From: Octopus sinensis
Lineage: Eukaryota
Direction: 5' to 3'
DNA: 64,000 bases
NCBI RefSeq assembly: GCF_006345805.1
Contig: NC_042997.1
Span: 191,952,001 to 192,016,000 of the forward strand
Shown: positions 36,555-52,027 of the stretch, in pieces
How the letters are laid out: each line of letters starts with the position of its first letter
Numbering within the stretch: position 1 is the first letter of the stretch
Notes under the pieces: model-generated
Seen by the model: the letters and a program-made list of their open reading frames with translations, nothing else
Databases searched by the model: none
Told to the model about the DNA's origin: nothing
Program-made: the position numbers and the translations under genes

Positions 36555-37223
36555 CAGTGGTGGCTCGTAGATAAAATTAATGGGGGTGCTGCTTCGGAAA
36601 ATTTTGAGCCGTTGTTTTAATATTGAGCAAAAGGAAACAAACATTTAAAAAGAAAATTTATACATAAACTTGACTGGTGCGCGTTTTAGCCACTACTGGG
36701 TAGTGTGTTTAATTTGTTCACTGAAAACCGCCGTGAATTCTCCCTTGTCTTTCAAAAATCCCCCCTAAATCACAAAATAAGTGGGGGGAGGGGAATTTGC
36801 CTTATTTTTCAAATCCTAGCTGCAACACTGTAGCTGGAAGCATGATAATAATCTAATTCTACACTTTATCATATTCAGGAATATAAACACGTTTTTAAGC
36901 TCAACACACGCAAAATGAAAAAGACACACTAACTTTCACCAGCACAGCTCTCTCTCCCTAGCATGAAGCTTCCTATCTCGGACATGTGAGCATGCGCACA
37001 ACAGCCAGACACTGTGAAGCGCACAGTTCTATACAAGGATTTTCGCATTTTTTTCATAAACTAGGGGATGGCTATTGACATTAAGCTTAAGGGCTATATA
37101 ATGTACAAGTATAAAGAAAGAATTAAAGAAAAAAAGGACTCATTATATTGAATGTTATCGACAATTTCGAATAGAAATAGGGGGTGCTGCAGTTCCGCAG
37201 TGCCTATACACGAGCCGCTACTG
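36555..37223. mobile_element. hAT-like MITE with an 8-bp TSD, apparently nested in older hAT-like sequence
   Basis: TIR CAGTGGTGGCTCGT / ACGAGCCGCTACTG (12/14). TSD CTTATGGG / CTTAAGGG. Confidence 0.6.
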
Positions 37224-37699
37224 CTTAAGGGCTGCATGCGGCCCTAAGAACTGCGGTTAACAACCGCTGCTTTTGACACATGAAACTGTGTCAATATATT
37301 ATTTGTGCATATACCCGTGTATCTGTTATTTTGCGCTGTTTTTTTGTGGTAGTGTGATGGCTGGGGAATGGGAGAGAGATGCATTAGTTCATGTCAAAAA
37401 ACACCGTATGTTGCACAGATATTAACCTAAAATCATTTTAATCTCCAGCATCAACCCTCATTACTCTCTTTCTCTCTCTTTCTCTTTCTCTCTCTCTCTC
37501 TCTGTTTTTCTCTCGCTCTCTCCCTCTCGCTCGTTGGCTCTTGTGATGCTGTTTTTCTTATCAAAAATCACCTCAGATAAAACCGCCCACGCTTTGCACT
37601 GGGATAACAAACGCCTCTGTGAATTCTTCAAACCAGTCTTTTACAAAGGTCGAAACTAAATGAATCACCTAAGATCCATTTTGCGGATTCCTTTTCTTA

Positions 37700-39330
<1,631 letters not shown>

Positions 39331-39639
39331 TGAGAAATCTGGAGAAATATAGAAGGGAACAAAATAAAGATTGTAACTCATCACCTGTACTGATTCACTT
39401 CCCTAACATTTCCCCCACTATCAACCGAGATGAGAAATTTCTACATTTCCAAGGTCATCGTTAATAATACAACCACTCCGCAAACATTTTATCTCTGTGG
39501 CACAGATAAATGTGAATATCTGTAAAAAATAAATCTCAGCTTCCGTAATCGTTGCTCTAAACCCGAATCTTGACGATAGACCTAACAAGTGGTGCCCTTG
39601 TTAAACTCAACTGGTGATATTTTAACAGTGCTACAGCAA

Positions 39640-40200
39640 CGAGCTGGGAGAACCATTTGCATGCCAAGCAAAATGCTAAGCGGCATTTCGTCTGTCTTTA
39701 GATTCTGAGTTCAAATTCCGCCGAGGTCGACTTTGCCTTTCATCCTTGCGGGGTCGATTAAATAAGTAAATAAGTACCAGTTACGCACTCGGGTCGATAT
39801 AATAGACTTAATCCGTTTGTCTGTACTTGTTTGTCCTCTTTGTGTTTAGCCCCTTGTGGGTAGTAAAGAAATAGGTATTTCGTCTGTCTTCACATTCTGT
39901 GTTAAATTTCCGCCGAGGTCGACTTTGCCTTTCATCCTTTCGGGGTCGATTAAATAAGTAAATAAATACCAGTTACACACTGGGGTCGATGTAATCGACT
40001 TAATCTCTTTGTTTGTCCTTGTTTGTCCCCGTTATGTTTAGCCCCTGTGGGCAATAAATAATTTTGTCTTTACATTCTGAGTTCAAATTCCGCCGAGGTC
40101 GACTTTGCCTTTCATTATTTCGGGGCCGATAAAATAAGTACCAGTTGATGTAATCGATTTATTTCCTTACCCAAAATTACTGACCTTGTTCCAAAATTTA
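39640..40200 (+). mobile_element. SINE family A, two units plus a partial
   Basis: Homology to other A copies. Confidence 0.85.
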
Positions 40201-40489
40201 AAATTTAAAATCGATATTTCAACAGCGTTAGTATCAGAAAACTGCTCGTTACACCGGGACTCATAAAGCGGCGATTTAACCCAGTTTCCGACTCTTCCCG
40301 CCACCGCTGAACGGAAGTCTGTTCCGCGGCAGGTTTCATGACCCAACGATGAGCAGTATGAAATGAAGTGTTTTCCGGTCCGGGAATCGAAACCACGATC
40401 TTACTATCATGACCGCAATGCCCCGCAACCTGTAGACCACGGGCCTTCTCATCGAGTACCATTACCGATGGTCAACTGTGTTTAAAATC

Positions 40490-40845
40490 TTGAGAGATAG
40501 AAATCGATAAAAAAAAATTGGCTCTCCGTAGGTTAAGACCACAAGGGTTGATCCGATCAACAGAACAGCTTGTTCGTAAAATTAGCGTGAAAGTGGCTGA
40601 GTACTCCGCCGACACGCGTATCCTCAACGTAGTCCTCAGGGAAATTCAGCATGACATAGAATATGACAAGGCAGGCCCCTTCGATTATTGGCACAACTCA
40701 TTTTTGCCAGTTTTTGCCAGTTGTGTGGACTGGAGTAACGTGAAATAAAGTGTCTTGCTCAAGGACACAAGGAGCATCCGAGAATCGAAATCACGGCCAT
40801 ACGATCGTGAGTCGAATGCCGAAACCCCTAAGCCACGCGTCTTTA
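40490..40845 (-). mobile_element. Long-body tRNA-derived SINE
   Basis: Homologous to 47326-47650. Confidence 0.75.
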
Positions 40846-41914
40846 CTAGAAATCAATAAACGGCTTCCTGAAACCATTTTAAAACCCAATCTTTTCCAGT
40901 CTACATCTGTTGTGAGACGATGGCACTGGGATAATGATGTTTTCTGTAACGACTAGATGTACAGTCAGCCGCCACTCAAGGTCAAATATTACTTCGTAAC
41001 ATGTATCGTGCTTTTGCTAATTGTTTTAGGTGCCTATGAAGTCACCAGCAAACAAAGATACGCTCTCGACTCACCCATCCTTGACACGGCAGACCATCCA
41101 GGGTATGAGAACTGGAGGGAGCACCCGGCTGGTACTCATTACAGCTGAGTAGACTGGAACAACGTGAAGTGATGTGCCTTACTCAAGGACACAACATATC
41201 ACCCGGTCCACGAACTGAACCCTCGGCTTTATTATTATAAGCCGAGCACCCTAGCCACAAGACCACGCACCTTATGGTAGAAGCACAGAAACAAACAGCG
41301 TCACCACTTTGTAGGCCATCAACCAACCTTTTATTTACAATTACCACCATCTTTCCCCCTGTTCATTCCTCGGAGTTGCTCATCCACCCGCTTCTTGATC
41401 TTTCTAACCTTTTTTTAGTCGTCTAACATCTTCACCGAAATCTTTTAACTTCAGTGATGAACCAGAAAAGGTGGAGATATAAACTAGAAAAAAAATCTAC
41501 TGAATTCCAATAGTTGAATTCTTTCCCAACAAAGATGTGACTCCACTTTGCAATAGAAACCACATACGGAACACACCAACCAATTTGATATTACTAACTG
41601 AATCTCATAGTGCTTTGTCACTCTATAACTCAATGTATTTAAAACTCAGAGATTGGCTCTTTGCTACATTCTGTCTTCGTTGGTGTAAACTGTAGCATAA
41701 TGTCCCGGCAATCCTTAGAGTTCACAGTGTCCGTTAATACTGCGTTGTGGAAAACTTCGATTATTTCTGTAGTGTCACCCATTGGGAGCACGCACCAACT
41801 CAACAAACACGTTACTATATTATTGTTTACAAAGCTGTCCGAATTCAGAGAATGCTATTCAAAATTTCCTGTTTCGTCAACAGCCAGGTGTCTTGCTACA
41901 ACCAGGGATCAGCT

Positions 41915-42035
41915 AGTGGAGGCGCGTGGCTTAGTGGTTAGGGTGTTGAACTCATGATCGTAAGGTTGTGGTTTCGATTCATGGACCGGACGATGCGTTG
42001 ACAAACTGAAAGAAGCCCGTCGTATATATGTATAT

Positions 42036-42076
<41 letters not shown>

Positions 42077-42258
42077 TGTGTATGTGTGTGTGTGTGTTTG
42101 TCTCCCCAACATCGCTTGACAACTTAGCGGTTCGGCAAAATAGACCGATAGAATAAGTACTAGGCTTACAAAGAATAAGTCCTGGGGTCGATTTGCTCGA
42201 CTAAAGGCGGTGCTGCAGCATGGCCGACGTCAAAATGGCTGAAACAAGTAAAAGAGTC
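41915..42258 (+). mobile_element. Chimeric SINE: family C-type head joined to a family B body and tail
   Basis: gtggaggcgcgtggcttagtgg head switches at about 42000 to aactgaaagaagcccgtcg. Confidence 0.65.
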
Positions 42259-42405
42259 TTATTTGTATCTTACAGTACACATTTCGACGCTTATAAAAAA
42301 AACAAATATTAGTTTGTTTATATTGTTTATATTTATATACACGTAGTTATATATTTGTATATGTGTGTGTGTCGAGAGAGATGGGAAGAGGTGAGAAAGA
42401 ACGAG

Positions 42406-42447
<42 letters not shown>

Positions 42448-42974
42448 TACATACATATGTGTTTTTGTGTTGCATTGTATTGTGTGTGTATGTGTGCGTG
42501 TGCAAAAACTTATACAACCAGGCAAATAGCTACATAGTTTCGATGACTGATAACCTGATGGATATATAGATACACAGATAGAATATACAGACACACAAAC
42601 AGGCAGACAGACTGACATGAAGACAAAGGGACAGAAAGATAGATAATGTCGTTTGTACTTGTGCTTAAGATGTAGTGAAGACCGTTAACCTTTGAATAAC
42701 CACTTATCTCAGCATCTAATACCGAAAAAAACACTACGCCTAAATATTTAGGCTGGTTTTCAATTTGAACCAATGCCAAGCTAGGAAACTTACTATGGAT
42801 GAACGACAAACAATAGCTTTCTGCTCGAGTTGTTTTCTCTAATAACGAAAATAGCATTAGGAAAGAGAACACCTCCTCTCCTCCTCCTCCTAGAATTGTA
42901 CAAAATAGGCAGAGCTGGTTGAGCTGCTTTGGTAGCTAAAGTTCGATAACTGCTCTGCATTGCTACTCATTACA

Positions 42975-44035
42975 TAATAATAATAATAATGAAATTATTG
43001 TATACAGTGCTCAGGTGCACCACAACTTGTCAAAAGTACATATAAAGCATATGCAGTAATGTACAAATGTCTGGAAAGTGAACAGTGTATGAGTCAGATA
43101 AAATGCTTACGTGTGTACGGAGGGGAGAAAATCAGGTGTAGTGTTGGCGAATCTCAGGAAGCATGGAAGTTTTGAAGGATGCAGTGCTCCGACAACTAAC
43201 AACTGATGCCGGTAGTTTGTTCCATGCTTCAGCAACTCTTAGCGTGAAAAAATGTTTCTGAAAGTCATGGAGCTGTGCTGTTTTATGACATTGTAAACAT
43301 GTCCGCGGGTGTTAGACAGGTGGAGTTTGAAGAGGTGCTCAGAGTTATTGTTTGTAAGTTGATTAATAATTATATGGGTGTCTGCCAAATCAGTTGCCAG
43401 ACGTCGGAGTTTCAATGTATCCATGCCCAGGGAAGTAAGGCGTTCAGAATATGGCAAATGCCTGATGGAGGTATTCTTTTGGTTGCACGTCGCTGAACGG
43501 CTTCCAGACGATTAATGTCCTGGGCAAGATAGGGGTTCCAGATCGGTGATGCAAATTCCAGGAGAGGTCAGTCATCCCATAGCTATATAAAGCCGCAGAT
43601 AGATAGCCGGAGGGTGGCTCACAAAGGACTTGGTGAGTGATGCCAAGACACCCTCAGCCTTCTTGGCAATTTTGGCAATGTGTTTTGTCCAACGCAAATC
43701 GCTGTCGACAATAACACCCAGGTCACGTTCACAAGAAGACTTTTTGAAATTAGTGTTGTGGAGGGAGTAAGTAGACGTTGGGTTTGTCCTCCCAAAATGC
43801 ATGGTGGTAGATTTGTCCACAGCCAGCTTGAGTTGCCAGTCCATGATCCACTGCAGCATTGTGTCTAGGTCTGCTTGCAATAGAGATCTATAGTGTACAG
43901 GATCTGACCTTTTTATTTCGAGGTACAGCTTGATGTCATCTGCATATTTCAGCACTGTGGCATTCTTTAAGTTGGCATCTATGTCATTAACATATACAAC
44001 AAATAAAAGGGGGCCAAGAACAGATCCCTGTCTGT
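42975..44035 (-). pseudogene. CR1-clade LINE, 5'-truncated reverse transcriptase with (ATT)n tail
   Basis: QGSVLGPLLFVVYVND...YADDIK...ERDLGVIVDSDL...; frameshifted LLEFASPIWNPY...VQRRATK and YSERLTSLGMDTLKLRR. Confidence 0.9.
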
Positions 44036-44040
44036 GGATC

Positions 44041-44480
44041 CTCTGTGAAACCGTATGGCATATTACCAGCCAATGTACGCCACAAGCCCAGAAGGAATAT
44101 AAGAGACGCCACGACAATATAGCCAGGCTTGTCCATTGGACACTTTGCATCAAGTATGGACTTGACAGAGCAAAAAATTGGTACGACCACAAACCTGAAG
44201 GCATCATCGAAAATAGAAATGCACTGAATCATAAAATCCTATGGGATTTTATGATTCAATGCGACCATGAGATAGAGAATAGGAAGCCAGACATAGTCTT
44301 AATTGAGAAAGAAAACAAACTATGCTGGATCATAGATATAGCATGCCCAGCTGACAACAGCGATAAGGAAGAAAGAAAAGTTGAGAGATATGACAGGTTA
44401 GCTTGGGAAGTTAAGCAGTTGTGGTCGATGAAAAAGGTGGTAGTAGTACCAATAATTATCGGAGCCCTGGAAACAGTGAA
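44041..44480 (+). pseudogene. R4/Dong-like RLE retrotransposon fragment (CCHC region plus PD..D endonuclease)
   Basis: ETVWHITSQC...YKRRHDNIA..VHW.LC...RKPDIVLIEK...IIDIACP...KVERYDRL...VVPIIIGAL. Confidence 0.85.
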
Positions 44481-45444
44481 ACGTCGGACAAAATGCTTAG
44501 CGGCAATTCTTCTGGCTCTTTAAGTTCTGAGTTCAAATCCAGCCGATGTCAGCTTTGCTTTTCATTCCTTCAGGGGTCGATGAAATAAAGTGCCAGTCAA
44601 CTACTGGCGTGGATGTTCACTCCCCTTAAAATTACTGGCGTCTCATTCAGAGGAAATGTGATCTTGGTCGCTTACATGCCGTAGAGACCGGATGAATAAG
44701 ATTCAATCTAGAGCTCAAGGAAGAAGAAGAAAAAAAAAAGCACAGTAAGATATCTTAGAAGCTTTCAGATACGGAAAATATTAGATATATAAACGATTGG
44801 CAGCATTAAATTACAGAGCGGAGAAGAAGCATGACAAATGTTAAACAAACACATAAGAATCAAGCATTTGTAGAATATTGTTCCTTACAGTTGACCTTAA
44901 AAAGAAGGTTGCATCTATATATGCAAGTAAAAGAAATTCCAGCTAAAGCTTGCTCTTCTTTTTATAGACAAGATACTATTTCACCTTCAGCATCAATGAA
45001 TTCATTTATCAGTTTCAAGATAAACGCCTCGTTTTCGGTTGGTTATTTCTAATCACCTTCGCAATATAACGACTACTTCTATGATTCACAGACACCATCT
45101 GTGTGAAAAATAATAGTTAAATTAAGGTTAACTTAAACTATTACTTTTTATGGCTTGATCTGATTAAATTATTACACGTTTATCAAAACTGTATTTAGCT
45201 TTTTTAAATAGTTAATTACGGGAACACATTTTTAAGCAACGATATCAGTAGGAGAAACTCCAACAATAAGTTCTTTAAGATAGGAAAAGAACTCTAACAA
45301 AAACCAGAGCCAGACAGACTTCTGTTCCATTCTCTCTCGAGAATAAGAGATAAGAGCTGGCGACATAACTGACCCTTCTGTTACATTCTGATGCTGTCTG
45401 CAGCGGCATTATCGCCATTATTTACATAGTGGCGGTGACAGGGT

Positions 45445-45545
45445 TTGGTGGTGGTGGTGGTGGTGGTGTGGTGGTGGTGGTGGTGGTGGTGGTGTGTGGT
45501 GGTGGTGGTGGTGGTGGTGTGTGTGGTGGTGGTGTGTGTGGGGGT
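45445..45545. repeat. (GGT)n microsatellite
   Basis: Direct reading. Confidence 0.9.
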
Positions 45546-46129
45546 GGAGTAGAGAAAAAAGAAAAAGGGAAAATGCTCAGAAATATATAGTGAATACAAA
45601 ATAGGTTTTCAGAGGAACGGTAAAAAAATGTTATCAAAAATAATTCTTATTAGAGTTGGGGTGGAGATATTATTTGAATCACCCACTCGCTTTGATTTAA
45701 CCGTCTATTACCTTCTGACTAAGCATACAAACTGCCAGATACGCACAGGCAAGAACCATGTTTTTGGATGCAACAATTTGTTCTATGGCTTGTTTTGAAG
45801 ATCTGAATAATTGGTTATCTGTCGGATAAGAGAGGTCTGGGTAAAATATTTCTACTGGCCAGCCAGTTATTTTGATAATGAACGAACGAGTTAGGTTGCT
45901 TATTACCTGAAAATTAAACATAGTAATGTCAAAAACTGACAAAAAAAAATGACTGACAAAAATTATGGAGATTAGCAGTAATGAGATAGACAAAAGAGCA
46001 ATTAACTGTAACTAAAATTATAATAGTAATGATGCAAACCAATAGAATATTGATCAACTATGACCAGACTAATTAAATAATGATCAAATGTAACCAAAAT
46101 TATTGAGAGTAATATCCGCAAGCTGACAA

Positions 46130-46560
46130 AAGAATTTATCGTCTCTTTGTTGGAAAATGGATGCTTCTCCTTGTTAATCTTTTGACTCCACGTGGATAAT
46201 AGGACGCCAACAAAAGATCTCCATCAATATCAATATTTGGCAATGGGTTGCAGTTGTCCCCAAGTGTAGCCACCTGGGAGTACTTAAATTTCTGCAGCCT
46301 TCGTATTGCCTTTAGTCTTCCACGCTTACGTCTTCCATGATATGTCCTCGGGGGGCTTGCTTTCTGGTGTTGGAAGCCGGTTTTCGTAGAGTGTGTCCCT
46401 GCCAACTTCATTTCCTCGTCTTGACCTGGGTTTCCATAGGTTTCTGGTTCCACTGTTTCTATAAGATCTTGTTTGTGAGTTTGTTTTGCCATCTCATCTG
46501 AAGAATGTTCCGGACACATCCATTTACAAATATCAAGAGTTTGTCGCTGGAAAACTTTGT
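46130..46560 (-). pseudogene. RTE-clade LINE 3' relic
   Basis: Alternative frame reads KLLIFVNGCVRNILQMRW...RK*SWQGHTLRKPASN, then GRRKRGRLK. Confidence 0.7.
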
Positions 46561-46620
46561 GACTCGCCATGTTTTACACGGGTACAGCTAAATGTGCAAA
46601 ATGCGCTGCAAGGATGCAAA

Positions 46621-46718
46621 CTATCTTTAAGATAGCATGTTTCACACACTATCTTTAAGATAGCATGTTTCACACACTATCTTTAAGATAGCATGTTTCA
46701 CAACTATCTTTAAGATAG
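46621..46718. repeat. 28-bp minisatellite (3.5 units) with palindromic core CTATCT-TTA-AGATAG
   Basis: Units start at 46621, 46649, 46677 and 46704. Confidence 0.9.
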
Positions 46719-47325
46719 TATGCGTGTTAGCATTAGATTATAATTGATTATTGTGCAAAAGCAAGATTTTATATTTTTAAAGCGAACAATAAAGTAGGAG
46801 TCTTTCATTCTCCCCTTCCTTGAGCCCTATACTTCTGATGGAGTCGTGGAGGCGACGTCATGACATATAGCGTATCCTCTGCACTTTAAAACTTGGCGCC
46901 CTTCGCCTCAGCAAGATAATACAAACAACTTGTATTTATTGTAACAAAGACTATTTTCGCAGTCACATAATCTGACAGCATCTGAAATATCAGCAAGATG
47001 TTAAAAGCAGAACAGAGTATATTTACGTTGTGTGAATCTGTGAGATAGTGCTCCGCCCTTCTCGACTTCAGGTAATTATGTTTTAACACTGATATAGCGA
47101 AACCTGAGGAAACATGTTTATTGTAAGCGAAAGTGCTTAGGCGATTGCACAAGATTATTTTGTCGGTGAAGAAAGCAGATTATATAGAAGTAGCCGATTT
47201 CGTTTAATTGCATAATTTCATAATTCGGATAATTGCATAGCCTTTTTAAAACACCTACCCGTTTAATCGACATGGTAATGTATATGCAAATAAAATCAAT
47301 GAGTAAAAATAATATTTATTTTAGT

Positions 47326-47650
47326 GTGAAGGCGCGTGGCTTAGTGGTTAGGGCATACGACCGACGATTGCAAGGTCGTGAGTTCGATTCCCGGCGATGC
47401 GTTGTGTCCTTGAGCAAGATACTTTATTTCACGTTGCTCCAGTCCACTCAGCTGGCAAAAATGAGTTGTATCTGTATTTCAAAGGGCCGGCCTTGTCACA
47501 CTATGTGTCACGATGAATCTCCCTGAGAACTACGTTAGGGGTACACGTGTCTGTGGATTGCTCAGTCACTTGCACGTTAATTCCACGAGCAAGCTGTTCC
47601 GTTGATCGTATCAGCTGGGACCCTCGTCGTCGTAACCGACGGAGTGCTCC
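47326..47650 (+). mobile_element. Long-body tRNA-derived SINE (second copy at 48352-48670)
   Basis: Head ggcgcgtggcttagtggttaggg...gagttcgattccc plus the shared core. Confidence 0.85.
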
Positions 47651-49040
47651 TATATATATATATTTATTTGATTTTATTTGGATAAAGGGATTCTGAATGT
47701 CTCCGTTTTCGTGAGACAAAATAAAAGTAGTCAGTGTTTTGGTATCTCAGAGGATCTTGGCCCTTTTCCTCCCCCACCCTCCAGGCCCAGCAAGTAAAAA
47801 GAAAAGAAATGCGATGTCAAATAAATAAAAGTTCTATGTATGCAAACGAGGAGTGTTAAATTAGAATAACCGCATATGTATCCACTTAATGTATATACAC
47901 CGTTGATAGGCAAGATATTGCAATCTTCGTCCGAGCTAAAAAAAAAAAAAAGAAAAAAGAAAAAAGAAAAATATCTTTTATAGACATGGAGTGTTAAAAA
48001 CGAATATATCGGATGGGGATTTTTTAGAAATCATCCCAAGCAGTGGCTAGGGAGAACGCCAGATGCATTTCGGTTTCTTGGGTCTTGTCGATGTACATTG
48101 GAGGCGGCAAATTTCATCAAGGCATGTGGCTAAAAGTATACGTCATGGACAAGGCCCAATAAGGCCAAAATGCAACTAACATTTTCACTAGCAACCGCCG
48201 GGATGATTTTTTTTCATCTTCCGATATATGTTTTTTTTTTTTTGTGGGGTTGGGGGTCAATACAGCGTGTCAGTAAAAAATTTCATATCTTGGATGAAAA
48301 CTGCAATAGCTTGCCTGTCAATAGTGTACATTTGTTACATATGATACACAGATGGCTTGGTGGTTAGGGTATTCAGCTCACGACCGTAAGGTTGTAAGTT
48401 CGATTCCCGGTGGCGTTTTCTCTCCCTGAGCAAGATGCTTTATTTCACGTTGCGCCAGTCCACACGACTGGTAAAAATCAGTTGTACCTATAATTCAAAG
48501 AGCCAACTTTGCCACATTCTGTGTCATGCTGAATCTCCCTAAGAACTACATTAAGGGTACGCATGTCTGTGGAGTGCTCAGCCACTTGCATGTTAATCTC
48601 ACGAGTAGGCTGTTCCGTTAATCGGATCAACTGGAGCACTCGTAATCGTAATCAACAGATCGCCAGTTTTACATATGTGGTTATATTGAAGTTATTCTTA
48701 CTATTTCAATGACTTAACGACTGTCGAACTTTAAAGTTCTAGCGTATTTAAATTATCTAACGTTCATTGTCGATAAATACCACACAATAAATGAACCCAA
48801 CTTTAATGTCACTTGGCCTATGGTTACTCCAATTGATTTCTTTTTCTAAATTAACCAATTAACGACCATTGTTCATTTTTTGGACCACCAGAAAAATTAT
48901 CAATATTTCTCCAACAATTATATTTTACCGAGACATATTTTAATTAGCGATAAAGATTGAAGTGTCTTAAATATTTTATTGATTATTAGCAACATTGTAG
49001 TTTCGAGTTTCTTTAGACTTGGCGTGGAACAACCAGGATG

Positions 49041-49166
<126 letters not shown>

Positions 49167-49305
49167 ATGGGAGACAGAGGCGGGAGGGGAGAGAGCTGCA
49201 CCAGCACAAGGCTGGCACTTAATTTGTCAGAAGGCCTCGCATTTTGAGGAAACATATAATCGTTTAAAATTCCCTGGCGTGGATAACCAAGTCACCCAGT
49301 TAATG

Positions 49306-49698
49306 TCTATATATATATAAAGCTGAAGTTGTCTGTGAATGGCGTGTTTGGTAGCCTTCAACCAACGCTATCTCCTCTGAAACCCTGCGGCGCAAGTTGA
49401 CCAAAATTGAGAGTATGATAGAAGAAGGCTTGCTCTTCCTTCCGTAGAAGAAAAAATTCAAATCGGACCATTTTAACACCAAAAATTATTTACATAAAAA
49501 AAGTGCTTTTTTTTCTATAAAAATCCCTATTCTTTACGATTTTTTGACTGCTGTGTCGCCATTTTTCGGTTTATTTCAATCAGAAAAATGTTCACTTAAA
49601 GAGAATAACAAACTACATAATGCAAAATTTTTACTTTTAAAAAACTGCAGTTCTAAAGGGTCGAAACAAAACCGAGCAAGGCCGGACGATACTGCTAG
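49306..49698 (+). mobile_element. Non-autonomous Helitron (H1-related, long subfamily)
   Basis: TCTATATATATATAAAG start, ccgagcaaggccgg hairpin, CTAG|t end. Confidence 0.8.
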
Positions 49699-50395
49699 TA
49701 TACATAAAAATATATTACAATATCTTCAAACAGGGCTGGAGTTACAAATTAATAAAAACAAGGCAATCACTAAAGGCTCTGAAATCAGGGGCCTCCAGAA
49801 AAAATACAAATATTCAATAATTCTTTTCTTTTCTTTTTCTTCTTTTACTTGTTTCTTTCACTCGATTGCAGCCATACAGGAGAGCCACCTTGATGGGTTT
49901 AGTCAAACAAATCGACCACAGAATTTATCTTAAGTATGGTACTTATTCTATCGGTCTCTCAAGCCGAGCCGCCAAGACCCGGAGACGTAAACAAATACTA
50001 GTCAACCTCGGCAGAATTTGAACTCAGAACGTAAAGACAGTTATATATTACAACTCCTGGCTGTCTTCAGCAAACTGTCATAACTGAGAGAAGAGGGTTC
50101 TCATTGTTGGGCCATCCGAGAGTTCTGAATACTGTGGTATTGTTGCCGAGGTCGACTTTGCCTTTCATCCTTTCGGGGTTGATAAATTAAGTACCAGTTA
50201 CGCACTGGGGTCGATGTAATCGACTTAATACCTATGTCTGTCCTTGTTTGTCCCCTCTGTGTTTAAACCCTTGTGGGTAATAAAGAAATAGGTATTGTTG
50301 CTGTCAAGTATCACAAAACTCAATGAATGCGGAAGGCTGCTCCCGTTGATGTATGTATTAGACAACTCACTGTCTCTCTCTCTTTTTATCTCTCT

Positions 50396-50442
<47 letters not shown>

Positions 50443-50624
50443 ACAGCTATGATGGCCCTACAGGTAAACAGTATGGCTGACACCCTGTCTAACTGGGGTT
50501 GCCAATAATACATATATTTATAGCTAATATCAAAGATCTAGATGTTAAGGTCATAGCACTGACAGAGGAAGAGGAGGAAGAGGAGGAGGAGGAAGCGGAG
50601 GCAGAAGATGAGGTAATAGTAGTG

Positions 50625-50656
<32 letters not shown>

Positions 50657-51176
50657 GGTAGTAATGGTGATGGAGGTTGCAGCTGAAATGGCGATGTTAG
50701 GAAGTGTTGTTAGTGTTGGTAAATAAAGAGTACATAGCCGATGTCTCTGCGAATACAAATACGTGTGCGCACGCGCATGTGTGCGTGTGTGTATCTTCAC
50801 ACACACACACACACATGTCTATATATATATGTTATATATGTATATTCTGAAATCAGAAAGATAGAACAATGTCTTTCGAAAGACAACGTGAGCCAGGGTG
50901 AAAATCCATACCCACCCACTGAGCAATAAAGGTATCGTTTTACATTATTTTTAGAACAAAATAAAAAGATTACGTATAAATGGCTGTCAAGGAGAATATT
51001 TTCGTGTCAGCTAACGGTATGCGCGGCAATCAGTTGTCTATCCTTCGATAAATATCAAAAATACACACACACACGCTGGCTTTAATCTCTATCTGAATCT
51101 CAAGAAGCTTTCTTGTGCGGTGTGCGCATGTGCCTGTGTATATGTGTACGTGTTTATGCACACAAACGCGCGTTAA

Positions 51177-51770
51177 GGCGGCGAGCTGGCAGAAACGTTA
51201 GCACGCCGGGCGAAATGCTTAGCAGTATTTCGTCTGCCGTTACGTTCTGAGTTCAAATTCCGCCGAGGTCGACTTTGCCTTTCATCCTTTCGGGGTCGAT
51301 AAATTAAGTACCGGTTACGCACTGGGGTCGATGTAATCGACTTAATCCGTTCGTCTGTCCTTGTTTGTCCTTTCTGTGTTTAGCCCCTTGTGGGTAGTAA
51401 AGAAATAGGTATTTTGTCTGCCGTTACGTTCTGAGTTCAAATTCCGCCGAGGTCGACTTTGCCTTTCATCCTTTCGGGGTCGATAAATTAAGTACCGGTT
51501 ACGCACTGGGGTCGATGTAATCGACTTAATCCGTTCGTCTGTCCTTGTTTGTCCTTTCTGTGTTTAGCCCCTTGTGGGTAGTAAAGAAATAGGTATTTTG
51601 TCTGCCGTTACGTTCTGAGTTCAAATTCCGCCGAGGTCGACTTTGCCTTTCGGGGTTGATAGATTAAGTACCAATTACGCACTGGGGTCGATCTAATCGA
51701 CTTAATCCCTTTGTCTGTCTTTGTTTGTCCCCTCTATGTTCAGCCCTTTGTAGGCAATAAAGAAATAAGA
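51177..51770 (+). mobile_element. SINE family A with three units (two near-identical 184-bp units)
   Basis: Units start at 51225, 51409 and 51593. Confidence 0.9.
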
Positions 51771-51982
51771 ATTGTTAGCGTGTCAGAATAAATACTTGTT
51801 AGCATTTCTTACCACTACTTATGTTCTGAGTTCAAATCTCGCCGAAGGCAACCTTGCTGTTTTTTTTTTTTTTTTCATCCTTTTGGGATCGATAAAATAA
51901 GATGCCAGTCAAATATTGGAAATCGATGTAATCGACTTATCGCGTCCCATGAATTCCTTGCCTTGTACCAAAATTAGAAAGA

Positions 51983-52027
<45 letters not shown>

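Noticed and set aside
43930-44523. 197-aa and 211-aa ORFs as intact genes
   Set aside because: Each is a chimera of one retroelement fragment and the antisense of the other.
46136-46570. 144-aa ORF as a gene
   Set aside because: Mostly an alternative frame of a frameshifted RTE reverse-transcriptase tail.
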